DNA of 60,896 nt, from IMG/VR virus record IMGVR_UViG_3300034106_006066, positions 1-60,896 of that record; one strand, 5' to 3'. Of the stretch, positions 40,070-51,288 are shown piece after piece (the stretch's first letter is position 1; every line of letters starts with the position of its first letter). Under the pieces are notes generated by a model. The model was not told the DNA's origin and searched no databases. It worked only from the letters and a program-made list of their open reading frames with translations. This DNA is from a virus (lineage: Duplodnaviria; Caudoviricetes). The translations under genes were made by a program, and so were the position numbers.

Positions 40070-40121
40070 ATCAATTTTTGGGGTAATATTTATATAGTCC
40101 CCTCATAATATGGAGAAAAAA

Positions 40122-40649
40122 ATGGCAACTACAAAATCTATTAGTGCTAATAGTGTAAAAAATCGTGGAGGAGTAGGAGTAAATTTAGGCTCAACCTCAA
40201 CAGTGTTAAATAATTCAGGCTTAGGACTTAAAAGTGCTGCAACAGGCTCAATAGTTATAGATGGTACAGATACTGATACTGCTTTAAGTGGTGGAGTATT
40301 TGCTTATAATAATCAAAAACCAGTTGCTAAAAGAGTTACTACTTCTTTAGCCACAGTTGTTAAAACTACTTTAGTTAGTGGAGCTAGTGTTCCATCATTA
40401 AATAGATCAGTACATAAAATTGAAAGTGTTGTAACCAGAAGAACAAGTACAGCTTTTAGAGCCGGTCAATTTAATATTTATACTGGTTCATTCTCTGTTG
40501 CTCCAACAGTTGCTACCGATACTTTCCACAAGAGTGTTGTTGGTACAACATATGTTGATAGTGTTGCTAATGTTAGCAGAGATAATCCAGGAAAGGCCGT
40601 ATATCGTAGTGGTTCTAAAGTTCCAACAACTAATAGTTACGGTAACTGA
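40122..40649 (+). CDS. putative virion structural protein
   Basis: GGAG RBS; small-residue-rich; followed by terminator. Confidence 0.65.
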   Translation: MATTKSISANSVKNRGGVGVNLGSTSTVLNNSGLGLKSAATGSIVIDGTDTDTALSGGVFAYNNQKPVAKRVTTSLATVVKTTLVSGASVPSLNRSVHKIESVVTRRTSTAFRAGQFNIYTGSFSVAPTVATDTFHKSVVGTTYVDSVANVSRDNPGKAVYRSGSKVPTTNSYGN

Positions 40650-40677
40650 ATTTTACATCCATACTAAATTAGTGTAT

Positions 40678-40710
40678 AATAAGCTAGCGGAAACGCTAGC
40701 TTATTTTTTT
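40678..40710 (+). terminator. Rho-independent terminator
   Basis: AATAAGCTAGCG-GAAA-CGCTAGCTTATT followed by T run. Confidence 0.88.
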
Positions 40711-40742
40711 ATCTTTACTTACTATATAGGATATATTCTTAT

Positions 40743-41060
40743 ATGAATGATACTATTATTCATTTTTGGGAAAGTATTGCTACAACAAGCATAGGAATTA
40801 TCATTACTATGATGGGTTTTTGGGTAGCTATTGGCCGAAATATAGCTACAAAAAGCGAAGTCATAGAAATGATAGAAACTAAAAGTCCGTATGTTCATGA
40901 TAGACAATTTATTATGGAAAGATTAAATGTCAATAAGGAAACTCAAGCTCAATTTTCATTAGCTTTACAACGAAATACCGAAGTTATGAACGAATTAAAA
41001 ATTCAATTAGCAACTCTAGGAAAAACACTTGAAGCTCTTGAGGATAGAATAGAAAAATAA
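40743..41060 (+). CDS. single-TM coiled-coil protein (holin-like?)
   Basis: N-terminal TM helix, C-terminal heptads. Confidence 0.6.
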   Translation: MNDTIIHFWESIATTSIGIIITMMGFWVAIGRNIATKSEVIEMIETKSPYVHDRQFIMERLNVNKETQAQFSLALQRNTEVMNELKIQLATLGKTLEALEDRIEK

Positions 41061-41084
41061 AATAATAATTTTTTAAGGATCACC

Positions 41085-44000
41085 ATGCCAGACTGCGATA
41101 TTTTATTAAAAATGAATATGGATGGTATTGATGGTTCTTCTTCTTTTATAGATGAATCTTCATATAATAGATCTTTATCTATTATAGGATCATCTCCGAT
41201 AATAAAAACAAATAATAAAAAATTTGGATCAGGAAGTGCATATTTTCCTAACTCCAACCTCTCATCTGCTATAAGAATAAATGATTTAGGAATTATAGCT
41301 AATATTAATGAAGATTTTACTATAGAATTCTGGGTCTATTTTGACTATCCGTATAGTGGTGCGATTCTAGGAAATTGGGCATTTAGTACGGGGTCGAATC
41401 AAGATTGGATGATTAATCTATCGGATGCTTCTGGTTATAATTATATTGATATAGTTTTGGGAACTCAGGCACTTATGACAAATAATACTATAATCAATAT
41501 AAATCAATGGTATCATATTGCATTTGTTCGTAAAAATAATATTTCTAAATTATACGTTAATGGATCATCTGAATTAAATAATAATTCTTTAAATAATCAA
41601 TCATATATTTTAGGTAAAATTAATACTCCTACAGATATAGGATTTGTTAATCCTAATTATTTTAAAGGATATATAGATGAAATAAAAATTATTAAAGGAT
41701 TAGCTTTATATGAATCAGATTTTCAAGTTCCCACAGAAAGAGTACCAGATTGTCAAGCATTAACAATAACTAATACTCCTACTCCAACCAGCACATTAAC
41801 TCCAACGGTAACCACAACTAGTACAGCTACTCCCGCTAGCACAACTACTCCAACTAGCACAGCTACTCCAACTAACAGTGTTACTCCAACAGCAACCTCG
41901 TCAGACATAATCTATGGTTTTCTTTATGGCTGGGGCAGGAATCAATATGGTCAACTTGGAAATGGAACAATTACTAATAAATCTTCTCCAGTTCAGATAG
42001 GAAATGATATTTGGAAACAAGTACATGCTGGAAAAAACTATACAATAGGTATACGATATGATGATACTTTATGGAGCTGGGGTAATAATACAGGCGGTCA
42101 ACTTGGGGATGGAACCACAACCAACAGACTTTTTCCAGTTCAAATAGGAAATGATACTTGGAAAAGCGTATCATCATACAATGATCAGATATTAGCTATT
42201 AAAAACGATAATACTCTTTGGCGATGGGGCCGTTGGACAGATACTAATGCCGTGCCTACTGGATCAACTACTCCAGTTCAAATAGGTAATAATTTTTGGA
42301 AAAAAGTATATGGTAATATGATTATTAAAAACGATGATACTCTTTGGATTTTGAATCTAAAAGATAGTAGTCCTACTCAAAGCAATGACACAGGAGGAAT
42401 GGTATATACGTGGCCTTCTAATGATACTTGGAAAAGCATAGCTTTTGGAAGTTCATATTTAGGAATTAAAAACGATAATACTCTTTGGGCTTGGGGACCT
42501 AATTGGAATGGTCAACTTGGAGATGGATCAACTATTGGTAGGTCTTCACCAGTTCAAATAGGAAATGATACTTGGAAAAGTGTAACTATTGGTTTAGGAT
42601 CATACCCAACAAGTTACGGTATCAAAAGTGATAATACTTTATGGGCTTGGGGTGTTGGTTATTCGTTGGTTCCAGAACAGATAAATAATGATAGTTGGAA
42701 AAGTGTGCATGTAGGATTTGACTATACACTTTTTATTAAAAACGATAATACTCTTTGGGGTTTGGGAAATAATAATCATAATCAATTTGGAGACGGAACA
42801 AATACAAATAGACTATCTATATCTCAAATAGGATCAGATGCTACTTGGCAAACAGTGTCTATAGGATATGAAGAATTTAGTTTTGGAGGTTCAGTATCAG
42901 ATCTAAACTATAATTTAGCTATTAAAACTTCTGCAATAACTCCAACCCCAACTAATACAGTAACTCCAACCAATACAACAACTCCAACTAATACGGTCAC
43001 TACAACTAGTAGTATTACTCCTACGGCCACTCCAACTAATACGACTACTCCAACCAGCACATTAACTCCAACGGTCACCACAACTAGTACGGCTACTCCA
43101 GCTAGCACAACTACTCCAACAAGAACGGCCACTCCAGCTAGTACAACTACTCCAACTAACAGCATTACTTTGACCAGAACACCAAATATAACACCCACCA
43201 ATAGTCAAACTCCAACAAGAACAGCCACCTCAACAGTTACTCCAACCAACACAGTCACTCCAATCACTAGTAAAAATTGCTTATCTTCTATTTTTCCTCA
43301 AAGTTTAGAATTTATAGCTACAAATAATGATATAATTTTTCATTCTCATATATCTGATTGTTATACTAAATGTTTTATAGAATTAGTTTTTAATAATTTA
43401 AATAATAGTCAAATTTTAACTGAAAACTTTATAGTGCCAGATGTTTCTTCTTGTTTAGGTGATTGTTCTGATGATCAAGGATATAAAACTCAAAAAGATT
43501 TTTATACAACATATAGGACTACTAATTTAGTATCTGGACATAAGTATTTATTAACTGCATCTATTAATTGTATGGAATCGATTATTCAAGAGAAAATTTT
43601 AGATTTTAATGATAGAGATATATATGATTGCTGTGAGTTACCAACTCCAGAACCTTCTACTACTAGTACAGCTACACCTACTATTAGTCCAACAAAAAGC
43701 GTTACTCCAACGCCCACAAAAACACCAGTCAATAGCGTTACTCCAACTAGCACCAGCACAACAACGCCCACAAAAACACCAGTCAATAGCGTTACTCCAA
43801 CTAGCACCAGCACAACAACGCCCACAAAAACACCAGTCAATAGCGTTACTCCAACCAGCACAACTACTCCAACAAGAACGGCTACTCCAACAGCTACTCC
43901 TATGCAAACATCCGCATGTTTATTAAATAATGGAGATTTTGAACAAGGGGCTCCTGGAAATGAGGGTGGAGGAGGAACAATTACTTCTTGGACTCAAAAT

Positions 44001-46421
44001 AGTGTAGATATTCATTCGTTGTCTTATGATAACTCCTTATCTCCTTTACAACCTCTAAATAGATGGATTGATCTAAATACTTGCGCACCTGGATATATTC
44101 AACAATCAATTAATACTATTATAGGACAATCTTATTCTATTAGTTTTAAATTAGCAGCCAATAATAAAGACGCAAGAAATATTATTAAAACTTGTAGACT
44201 ATCTATTATAGGATCATCTACTATAACACAAGATTATACTTTCGACCCATCTGCTACAACATACGAATCGTATGAAAGTATGGGATGGATTGATCAAAAT
44301 TATATATTTACGGCTGATAGTTCCACAACAACTATAAAATTTGAAAGTACGTGTCCCGATTGTGGATGTTTTGGACCAGCAATAGATAATGTTTGTTTGA
44401 TTCAGACAAGTGCTAATTATAATAATTGTGCAAATTGGAATGGATCTACCAACGGTAATGTTACCACAGTAGGAAGTAATGGTGCTCCTAGTTATTATGG
44501 GACTTATGATCAAAGCGGAAATGTTTATGAGTGGAATGATCTAGATGGTACTCCTGGCTCGCTTCGTGGGCTTCGGGGCGGCTACTGGGGCAGCGACGCG
44601 CTCCCCTTGTCGTCCTCCTACAGTCTCAGCTTGTGGTACGCCCCGTCGAACTATATCAACGGCGTCGGTTTTCGTCTCGCATGTTCCCTTAACTCTTTAA
44701 ATCTTTCTAACTTTGTAAATATAGGAAATATTAACAATAGTAACGATAGTACTGGTTATGGGAGTGTAAGCTACAATTATCAAATAAATCAATACTTGGT
44801 CACCAACTGTGAGTATGTTGAGTTTTTAAATGCGGTTGCTAAGACGGACACTTATAATCTTCATAATACGATTGATAATGACTATGCTGGCATAACACAA
44901 ACCGGAACCATCGGCAATTTTGTCTACTTTGTCAAGACAAATATGGATAACAAACCCGTAGTTTTTGTAAGCTGGTTTAACGCGGCAAGATATTGCAACT
45001 GGTTACATAATGGTAAACCCTCTGGACCTCAAAATAATAGCACAACCGAAACTGGAGCATACTCTCTTAACGGAGTAACTAGCGGTAACGCTGTAGCAAA
45101 AAACAGCGGAGCTAAATATTATATCCCCACCGAAAACGAATGGTATAAAGCGGCTTTTTATAGTCCCAATAAAAATGGATCACCAGGATATTATCAGTAT
45201 GCTACTCAAAGCGATACTGCTCCAACGTGTGTAACAGCAAGCAGTACTGGAGATGGGCCAGTAAGTTCTAATTACTACGCTTGTCCATTACCGTCGCTTA
45301 GTCCAACACCAACCAGCACAACAACGCCCACAAAAACACCAGCCAATAGTGTTACTCCAACCAGCACAACAACGCCCACAAAAACACCAGCCAATAGTGT
45401 TACTCCAACCAGCACAACAACGCCCACAAAAACACCAGCCAATAGTGTTACCCCAACTAGCACAACTACTCCAACAACAACGGCTACTCCAACAGCTACT
45501 ACAGTTAGTTTAAATAGTGCTAATTTTAATGAGTGCGCCGATTGGAATAGTCAAAATGGTAATGTTACTACAGTAGGAAGTAATGGTGGGCCGAGTTATT
45601 ATGGGACTTATGATCAAAGCGGAAATGTTTATGAGTGGAATGATCTAGCTGGTACTCCTGGCTCGTCTCGTGGGTTTCGGGGCGGCTTCTGCCTCAGCCT
45701 AAACGCGAGTTCCTTGTCATCCTCCACCGGGTTCTCTAACGCCACGTCGTACGCTGGTAATATCGGAGAATTAATCGGTTTGCGTCTATCATCATCATCT
45801 TCTACTCCTAATTCTTCTAATGACTTTGTTACTGTAGCAAATACTGGTAATAGTAATGACTCTACCGGTTATGGAAATATAAACTATACTTATCAAATAG
45901 CTAAATATCCTGTAACTAACTGTGAGTATGCTAAGTTCTTAACTGCGGTAGCAAGTACCGACACATATAATCTTTATAGAGATAGCGAAGCAATAGGAAT
46001 GGATAGTGATGCTAGAAGTGGCATAAATCGAAGCGGCTCCAGCGGTAATTTCACCTACACTGTTAAAACTAACATGGGTAACAAGCCTGTAATTTATATG
46101 ACTTGGTTTAATGCTGCAAGATACTGCAACTGGTTACACAATAATAAGCCTACCGGACCTCAAAACTCCAGCACAACCGAAGACGGAGCATACTCTCTTA
46201 GCGGAAGAATTAGCGGTAACTCTGTAGCAAAAAATAGCGGAGCTAAATATTATATCCCCACCGAGAATGAATGGTATAAAGCAGCTTATTATAGTCCCAA
46301 TAAAAATGGATCACCAGGATATTATACATATGCTACACAAAGTGATAACCCTCCAGTATGTGTAACAGCAGATAGTTTTGGAAACGGGCCAAGAATCTCG
46401 GATTATATCTGTCCAACTTAA
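41085..46421 (+). CDS. giant adhesin/fibre protein: LamG - RCC1 propeller - DUF642-like - two permuted FGE/CLec domains, Thr/Pro linkers
   Basis: DFTIEFW/WYHIAFVR/GYIDE; WG.N..GQLG repeats; NGDFE..IDLN..GPAIDNV; two DQSGNVYEW..GFR + ENEWYKAA units. Confidence 0.88.
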   Translation: MPDCDILLKMNMDGIDGSSSFIDESSYNRSLSIIGSSPIIKTNNKKFGSGSAYFPNSNLSSAIRINDLGIIANINEDFTIEFWVYFDYPYSGAILGNWAFSTGSNQDWMINLSDASGYNYIDIVLGTQALMTNNTIININQWYHIAFVRKNNISKLYVNGSSELNNNSLNNQSYILGKINTPTDIGFVNPNYFKGYIDEIKIIKGLALYESDFQVPTERVPDCQALTITNTPTPTSTLTPTVTTTSTATPASTTTPTSTATPTNSVTPTATSSDIIYGFLYGWGRNQYGQLGNGTITNKSSPVQIGNDIWKQVHAGKNYTIGIRYDDTLWSWGNNTGGQLGDGTTTNRLFPVQIGNDTWKSVSSYNDQILAIKNDNTLWRWGRWTDTNAVPTGSTTPVQIGNNFWKKVYGNMIIKNDDTLWILNLKDSSPTQSNDTGGMVYTWPSNDTWKSIAFGSSYLGIKNDNTLWAWGPNWNGQLGDGSTIGRSSPVQIGNDTWKSVTIGLGSYPTSYGIKSDNTLWAWGVGYSLVPEQINNDSWKSVHVGFDYTLFIKNDNTLWGLGNNNHNQFGDGTNTNRLSISQIGSDATWQTVSIGYEEFSFGGSVSDLNYNLAIKTSAITPTPTNTVTPTNTTTPTNTVTTTSSITPTATPTNTTTPTSTLTPTVTTTSTATPASTTTPTRTATPASTTTPTNSITLTRTPNITPTNSQTPTRTATSTVTPTNTVTPITSKNCLSSIFPQSLEFIATNNDIIFHSHISDCYTKCFIELVFNNLNNSQILTENFIVPDVSSCLGDCSDDQGYKTQKDFYTTYRTTNLVSGHKYLLTASINCMESIIQEKILDFNDRDIYDCCELPTPEPSTTSTATPTISPTKSVTPTPTKTPVNSVTPTSTSTTTPTKTPVNSVTPTSTSTTTPTKTPVNSVTPTSTTTPTRTATPTATPMQTSACLLNNGDFEQGAPGNEGGGGTITSWTQNSVDIHSLSYDNSLSPLQPLNRWIDLNTCAPGYIQQSINTIIGQSYSISFKLAANNKDARNIIKTCRLSIIGSSTITQDYTFDPSATTYESYESMGWIDQNYIFTADSSTTTIKFESTCPDCGCFGPAIDNVCLIQTSANYNNCANWNGSTNGNVTTVGSNGAPSYYGTYDQSGNVYEWNDLDGTPGSLRGLRGGYWGSDALPLSSSYSLSLWYAPSNYINGVGFRLACSLNSLNLSNFVNIGNINNSNDSTGYGSVSYNYQINQYLVTNCEYVEFLNAVAKTDTYNLHNTIDNDYAGITQTGTIGNFVYFVKTNMDNKPVVFVSWFNAARYCNWLHNGKPSGPQNNSTTETGAYSLNGVTSGNAVAKNSGAKYYIPTENEWYKAAFYSPNKNGSPGYYQYATQSDTAPTCVTASSTGDGPVSSNYYACPLPSLSPTPTSTTTPTKTPANSVTPTSTTTPTKTPANSVTPTSTTTPTKTPANSVTPTSTTTPTTTATPTATTVSLNSANFNECADWNSQNGNVTTVGSNGGPSYYGTYDQSGNVYEWNDLAGTPGSSRGFRGGFCLSLNASSLSSSTGFSNATSYAGNIGELIGLRLSSSSSTPNSSNDFVTVANTGNSNDSTGYGNINYTYQIAKYPVTNCEYAKFLTAVASTDTYNLYRDSEAIGMDSDARSGINRSGSSGNFTYTVKTNMGNKPVIYMTWFNAARYCNWLHNNKPTGPQNSSTTEDGAYSLSGRISGNSVAKNSGAKYYIPTENEWYKAAYYSPNKNGSPGYYTYATQSDNPPVCVTADSFGNGPRISDYICPT
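43709..43856 (+). repeat. 54-nt coding tandem repeat, about 2.7 copies
   Basis: aacgcccacaaaaacaccagtcaatagcgttactccaac starts at 43709, 43763, 43817. Confidence 0.9.
44551..44681 (+). repeat. putative DGR variable repeat VR1
   Basis: 83/130 GC and 13 A over 44551-44680 (hand count); encodes RGG.W...SS...PS....GFR with NNC codons at variable positions. Confidence 0.65.
45309..45457 (+). repeat. 48-nt coding tandem repeat, 3 copies
   Basis: ccaaccagcacaacaacgcccacaaaaacaccagccaatagtgttact. Confidence 0.9.
45655..45787 (+). repeat. putative DGR variable repeat VR2
   Basis: 60/100 GC over 45661-45760 (hand count); shares invariant codons with VR1 and differs mostly at positions 1-2 of NNC codons. 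Confidence 0.6.
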
Positions 46422-46462
46422 TAAAAACTTAAATGGTAAATTTTTTGAAAGATTATTAATTT

Positions 46463-47215
46463 ATGCCACTATCATACAGAATACCAAAAGTAGACAATAA
46501 AATAGCACAATGCTGTCCTGCACCTTCTTTACCGCCAAGTTCGGTTACTCCATCTCCTACCAGAACAATAACACCTACTATTACTCCTACAAATACGTTT
46601 ACTCCAACACCAACAGTATCACCTACTAATAGCGTTACTCCAACTATTACGGCAACGCCAACTAATAGCGCTACTCCAACTAATACGGCAACGCCAACCA
46701 ATAGCATTACGCCAACTAATACGGCAACGCCTACCAATAGCGTTACTCCAACCCGCACGGCTAGTGCTACACCAACTAATAGTGTTACTCCAACTCGCAC
46801 GACAACGCCAACTAATACCTTAACGCCAACCAATAGCATTACGCCAACGAATACGACAACCCCAACTAACACAATTACCCCAACCAATACCAAACCCTGT
46901 TCAGTAATTGATTATTGTGGTCAATGCGACGAAAACGGAGACAGTCAAGAAGATAGAACTGGTATTGTTGCTACCTGGACAGTAACTATACCTAACGAGT
47001 ATACTCTTCCTCTACAGATTACATTTAGTGGTGGTGTGAATGATCAATTAATTGTAAATGGAGATGTCGTGGGCGACGGTGGTGACTTTACATATGTTTA
47101 TACAGCAACTCAAAGATCATTTGTGATGAGTATTAATAATACAGGCTTTGGTGCTAATGCTACTTTCCAAATATGTCCAAGATTAGAAATTGGTCCAATA
47201 GATACTGGTCTTTAA
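46463..47215 (+). CDS. Thr/Pro-rich mucin-like protein with C-terminal beta domain
   Basis: (TPTNxx)n stalk. Confidence 0.8.
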   Translation: MPLSYRIPKVDNKIAQCCPAPSLPPSSVTPSPTRTITPTITPTNTFTPTPTVSPTNSVTPTITATPTNSATPTNTATPTNSITPTNTATPTNSVTPTRTASATPTNSVTPTRTTTPTNTLTPTNSITPTNTTTPTNTITPTNTKPCSVIDYCGQCDENGDSQEDRTGIVATWTVTIPNEYTLPLQITFSGGVNDQLIVNGDVVGDGGDFTYVYTATQRSFVMSINNTGFGANATFQICPRLEIGPIDTGL

Positions 47216-47334
47216 TACTGGAGTCAGTGATGATTGATCAAATATAGATCTAAGGAATAATAGATGGATTGCAATTCGCCTAGGTGTATCCTAAATTAGG
47301 GCGCATACAGAAATACCTGTAAAATCAAAATAAT

Positions 47335-50300
47335 ATGATCATATATTCTTTAAAAACGTCTTTTACTTATAAAAATAACGAATCATTAGATTTGTTAACT
47401 ATTCCAGAAAATAGTTTTGATAATAATTTATATATTGATTATAATAATTTTATAAATTCAGTATCATTTATTTATGGTGATCAAAAACTTGATGGATCTA
47501 TTCCTGTCTTTTGGACCAGAATAAAAGACAATAATACTCTAGAAAGAGAAGCTGATCCGAATAGTACTCTTCGAAGTTTACAAAGTAATCATCATTATTA
47601 TATAGTATTATTAGATAATTCTAAATTACCAGTTAAAATTCCAACCCCAATAGATAGTTCTAAATTCTTAGGAAAAAATAATTATTCTAATATAAAATGT
47701 GACGATATAGATTGTGATAATCAATTAACAATAAACTCTACCGCTCATAGATCATTATTATTGAATAATGATACCGGACACTCAGCAGATATTCATATAG
47801 AGCTATCTGGCTTAAAGCCCAATTCATCATATCTCTATACTATAGAGCCTATAATTTCTAATTGGCCATATAAATTAAGTCAATACTCAGGAGAAATCTT
47901 AAGAAATAGTCCATTAACAAATTTGGGACTAGTAAATTCCGCCATAGATACCAAATTTATATATCTGCCAGATATATCTAGTTCTGGATCTGGCCCCTTA
48001 ATAGATATTACCAATACTGATTATAAAAATAATATTTTTTCATTACTCTCTTTAAAAATTTTTAATGAATCTAATAGTTTGGTTGCTAAAGACACCATAA
48101 GTATTCTGTGCGACAACTGCATAACATCATCTATTACTGATAAATGCGCCAGAATAGATATTTTAAGTAAAAATATTGTATTATCTAGTGGAGATTCGTC
48201 TGTCAAACTAATAGGTAGCTGTTATAATTTAAATCCTAATAGTAAATATATATATAATTTTTATAGTAATAATTCTAATTGGCCGTGCTTTATTTCTCCA
48301 GTTTCTGGAATAGTATCTATTGATTCACTATATGCTCAAGATACTATTATTTATGGTTCTGGAAATATAGAGGCAGTATTACAATTTAATAATAATCTAC
48401 AAGAAACTTCTAATTTAGCATATAATATACCAGAATATACTAGCGAAGTTTTTTTTGATAAAAATATATATACTAATTTAGGCTTATATATTAGTTCAGA
48501 ATCTGAAGATTGTGATACTGCTTTCGACAATACGAATATATTGTGTAATTCATGTTTATCTAGTAAAAGCTTAGGTAATTGTTTAAATTCAATCAGTATA
48601 AATATTAATAATTCTAATTTACAATATCCTATTCTTTCTTCAGTTTCGAGGCCAGGAGCAGAAATATTAGTACCAGAAGATTGTTGTAATAAAACTCAAA
48701 CTTTAACAACTACTATTAGTGGATTATGTGCTAATCATCAATATACTTATGAGTGGACTAGCTATCCAGATATTAGAATTATACCTACCAGCGGATATTT
48801 AAGTATAAATGATGATTCAACAATTTTACAAAGCTTATATAATTTAAACAACAATCAAATTAGTAGTATTAAATTAAAAATTTTTGATGGAGACAAATAT
48901 GTTGAAGATAATGTATTGATAAGATGTAATAATGGTTGTTTTAAACCAAGTCCTACACCTACTCCAACTAATACCACTACCCCAACAGTTACTCCTACAA
49001 ATACTATTACTCGCACAGCTACTCCAACTAATACCGTTACTCGCACAACTACTCCAACTAATACCGTTACTCGCACAACTACTCCAACTAATACCGTTAC
49101 TCGCACAGCTACTCCAACAAATACGGTGACTCCAACAAATACAGCTACTCCATATGCAACCCCAACCACAACTGTGGCTATAACACCCACACCAACACTC
49201 ACTGACCTTTATTATTCTTTATATCCTATCTTGTCGGCTCCTAACGTAGATTGGACAGTATTATCTTTATCTAATAATGGAGAAAAAATAGTTGGAGCAT
49301 CTTCTACTAGACAAAATCCAGGACAATCTCCTGCTATTTACCAAGATAAAATATATATTAGTTCGAATAGCGGTTCTACTTTTAATGATAGTACACCTCT
49401 CGGTTTAGATTTTTATAACGTAGATATTGATTCCTCAGAAGATGGAACAAAATTAATAGTTAGTGTTATAAATGGTGTTTATGTTTCTGCTAATGGCGGA
49501 TTGAATTGGACATATATTAATATTCCTAAAAATCCAAATGATGTAAATAATAGTTATTTTGAGGGAGTGGCAATATCCAATGATGGTACAAAAATGATTG
49601 CGGCCCGTGCAAGCGGTATGATTTATAGTTCCTCTAATGGGGGAGTTTCCTGGACATCAGGCTCCATTCTTCCAGAAGACTTACTAATTGGAGGCAATAT
49701 TAGAAGTTGGAATTCGGTAGTAATGTCTGGAGATGGCGAAACATTTATAGCGTCTGATATTTTCGGTGTTTATATTTCTAAAGACTATGGAGTTACTTGG
49801 GATAAATCTTTCTATAATTCAGGAATACTGGCATGCTCAAATAACGGTAACGAGATATTCTGTTTAAGAAATGATTACTTTTCATCACCAAATACTCCAG
49901 CTGGTTATAAATCTATTAATGGAGGTGCGACATGGACTCTATTAAATATTAGAGACAACAATGGTGATTTGTTTCCGCTAGTTTCGGGACTCTTTAAAAG
50001 CGTCTCCTGTTCTGCTGATGGTTCAAAAATTATTGTTGCCGACTATGGTATGAATAATTATCTAGGAGTTACTAGTAACGGTAATCTATATTTATCTGTT
50101 GATTATGGAACAACATGGAGAAAACTAAATTTTAATCAACCTTATGGTGGAATCTTTAATCCAATTTTAAATTGGCATACTGTAGATATTTCCTCTGATG
50201 GTTCAAAAATTATTGCTTCCTGCAAGGCGACATCAGTACAAAACTGGCCAGCGACTTATGAACAAACTAATTTATATTATGATCAAAAAATATTTTATGC

Positions 50301-51288
50301 TTTAATTCCATCAAATACTAATACTCTGACACCTACGCCAACTAATAGTACTACTCCAACTCCAACAAAAACTAGCACAACACCTACCCCAACAACCAGC
50401 ATAACACCTACTCCAACAAAAACTACAGGATTAATATATTCCAATATGCTATTTAATAATAGCTCATGGAACTCTATAGACGATGCTTACTGGAGAAATA
50501 CTTTAACTAATGCGGCAAATAGATGGTCAACATATTTAAGATATGGTGAAGAGGCTATTAATTACATAAAATCTTTATATCCTAATTGGTCAGGATTAGA
50601 ATTAAAGATAACTCCAGAAACGTTTAGCATATATAATGATTCTAATAGTACGACCATAGCATCATGCGGGCCTGTTAATTTTATTACTGGAGCGAATACA
50701 AATACTAGTAATATTCCATTATTTAATTCTATTAATTTTCAATTACATATTAATGAATATTATCGTAATAGTTACTCTAATAATGATTGGTTAAATATAT
50801 TAACTCATGAACTAGGACACGCATTAGGAATAGGTATATACTGGGATCCATTCTTTTCAAGCTATGGAGCAGTTGTTCCAGCGGATAATTTTATTAATAA
50901 TGAAAACTATAATATAACACAACAAGGTTATAATAATATAACCTCTTTAAATAGGAGTAAAACTCCAATAGAAGATTCAGGATCGGCTGGTACAGTTAAT
51001 TCTCACTGGGAAAATAATTATAGAGATACAAATTATTCTGGAGGGAATGGGGTAGCTTATCCTGGATTATCTAATGAATTAATGGTTGGTACTATTAGTC
51101 CAGGAAATAGTAGAGTATTATCATTATTAAGTATAAAAAATTTGGTTGGATATGGATACGAAGAGAAAAATCCAAATACTTCAGAAGGAATTCCAACTAT
51201 TATAGATTCACCAAGCATGTCTACACAAAATATACATCTTGGATGCTCTTGTTTAAAAGATATCATAAAGAATATGAAACCCGTATAA
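47335..51288 (+). CDS. large adhesin: repeated Ig-like modules, TP stalk, BNR/Asp-box propeller, leishmanolysin (M8)-like metalloprotease
   Basis: S.DYG.TW/S.NGG..W repeats; HELGHALG...SHWE...NELM. Confidence 0.85.
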   Translation: MIIYSLKTSFTYKNNESLDLLTIPENSFDNNLYIDYNNFINSVSFIYGDQKLDGSIPVFWTRIKDNNTLEREADPNSTLRSLQSNHHYYIVLLDNSKLPVKIPTPIDSSKFLGKNNYSNIKCDDIDCDNQLTINSTAHRSLLLNNDTGHSADIHIELSGLKPNSSYLYTIEPIISNWPYKLSQYSGEILRNSPLTNLGLVNSAIDTKFIYLPDISSSGSGPLIDITNTDYKNNIFSLLSLKIFNESNSLVAKDTISILCDNCITSSITDKCARIDILSKNIVLSSGDSSVKLIGSCYNLNPNSKYIYNFYSNNSNWPCFISPVSGIVSIDSLYAQDTIIYGSGNIEAVLQFNNNLQETSNLAYNIPEYTSEVFFDKNIYTNLGLYISSESEDCDTAFDNTNILCNSCLSSKSLGNCLNSISININNSNLQYPILSSVSRPGAEILVPEDCCNKTQTLTTTISGLCANHQYTYEWTSYPDIRIIPTSGYLSINDDSTILQSLYNLNNNQISSIKLKIFDGDKYVEDNVLIRCNNGCFKPSPTPTPTNTTTPTVTPTNTITRTATPTNTVTRTTTPTNTVTRTTTPTNTVTRTATPTNTVTPTNTATPYATPTTTVAITPTPTLTDLYYSLYPILSAPNVDWTVLSLSNNGEKIVGASSTRQNPGQSPAIYQDKIYISSNSGSTFNDSTPLGLDFYNVDIDSSEDGTKLIVSVINGVYVSANGGLNWTYINIPKNPNDVNNSYFEGVAISNDGTKMIAARASGMIYSSSNGGVSWTSGSILPEDLLIGGNIRSWNSVVMSGDGETFIASDIFGVYISKDYGVTWDKSFYNSGILACSNNGNEIFCLRNDYFSSPNTPAGYKSINGGATWTLLNIRDNNGDLFPLVSGLFKSVSCSADGSKIIVADYGMNNYLGVTSNGNLYLSVDYGTTWRKLNFNQPYGGIFNPILNWHTVDISSDGSKIIASCKATSVQNWPATYEQTNLYYDQKIFYALIPSNTNTLTPTPTNSTTPTPTKTSTTPTPTTSITPTPTKTTGLIYSNMLFNNSSWNSIDDAYWRNTLTNAANRWSTYLRYGEEAINYIKSLYPNWSGLELKITPETFSIYNDSNSTTIASCGPVNFITGANTNTSNIPLFNSINFQLHINEYYRNSYSNNDWLNILTHELGHALGIGIYWDPFFSSYGAVVPADNFINNENYNITQQGYNNITSLNRSKTPIEDSGSAGTVNSHWENNYRDTNYSGGNGVAYPGLSNELMVGTISPGNSRVLSLLSIKNLVGYGYEEKNPNTSEGIPTIIDSPSMSTQNIHLGCSCLKDIIKNMKPV
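49001..49120 (+). repeat. 30-nt coding tandem repeat
   Basis: actccaactaataccgttactcgcaca(a/g)ct units. Confidence 0.85.
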
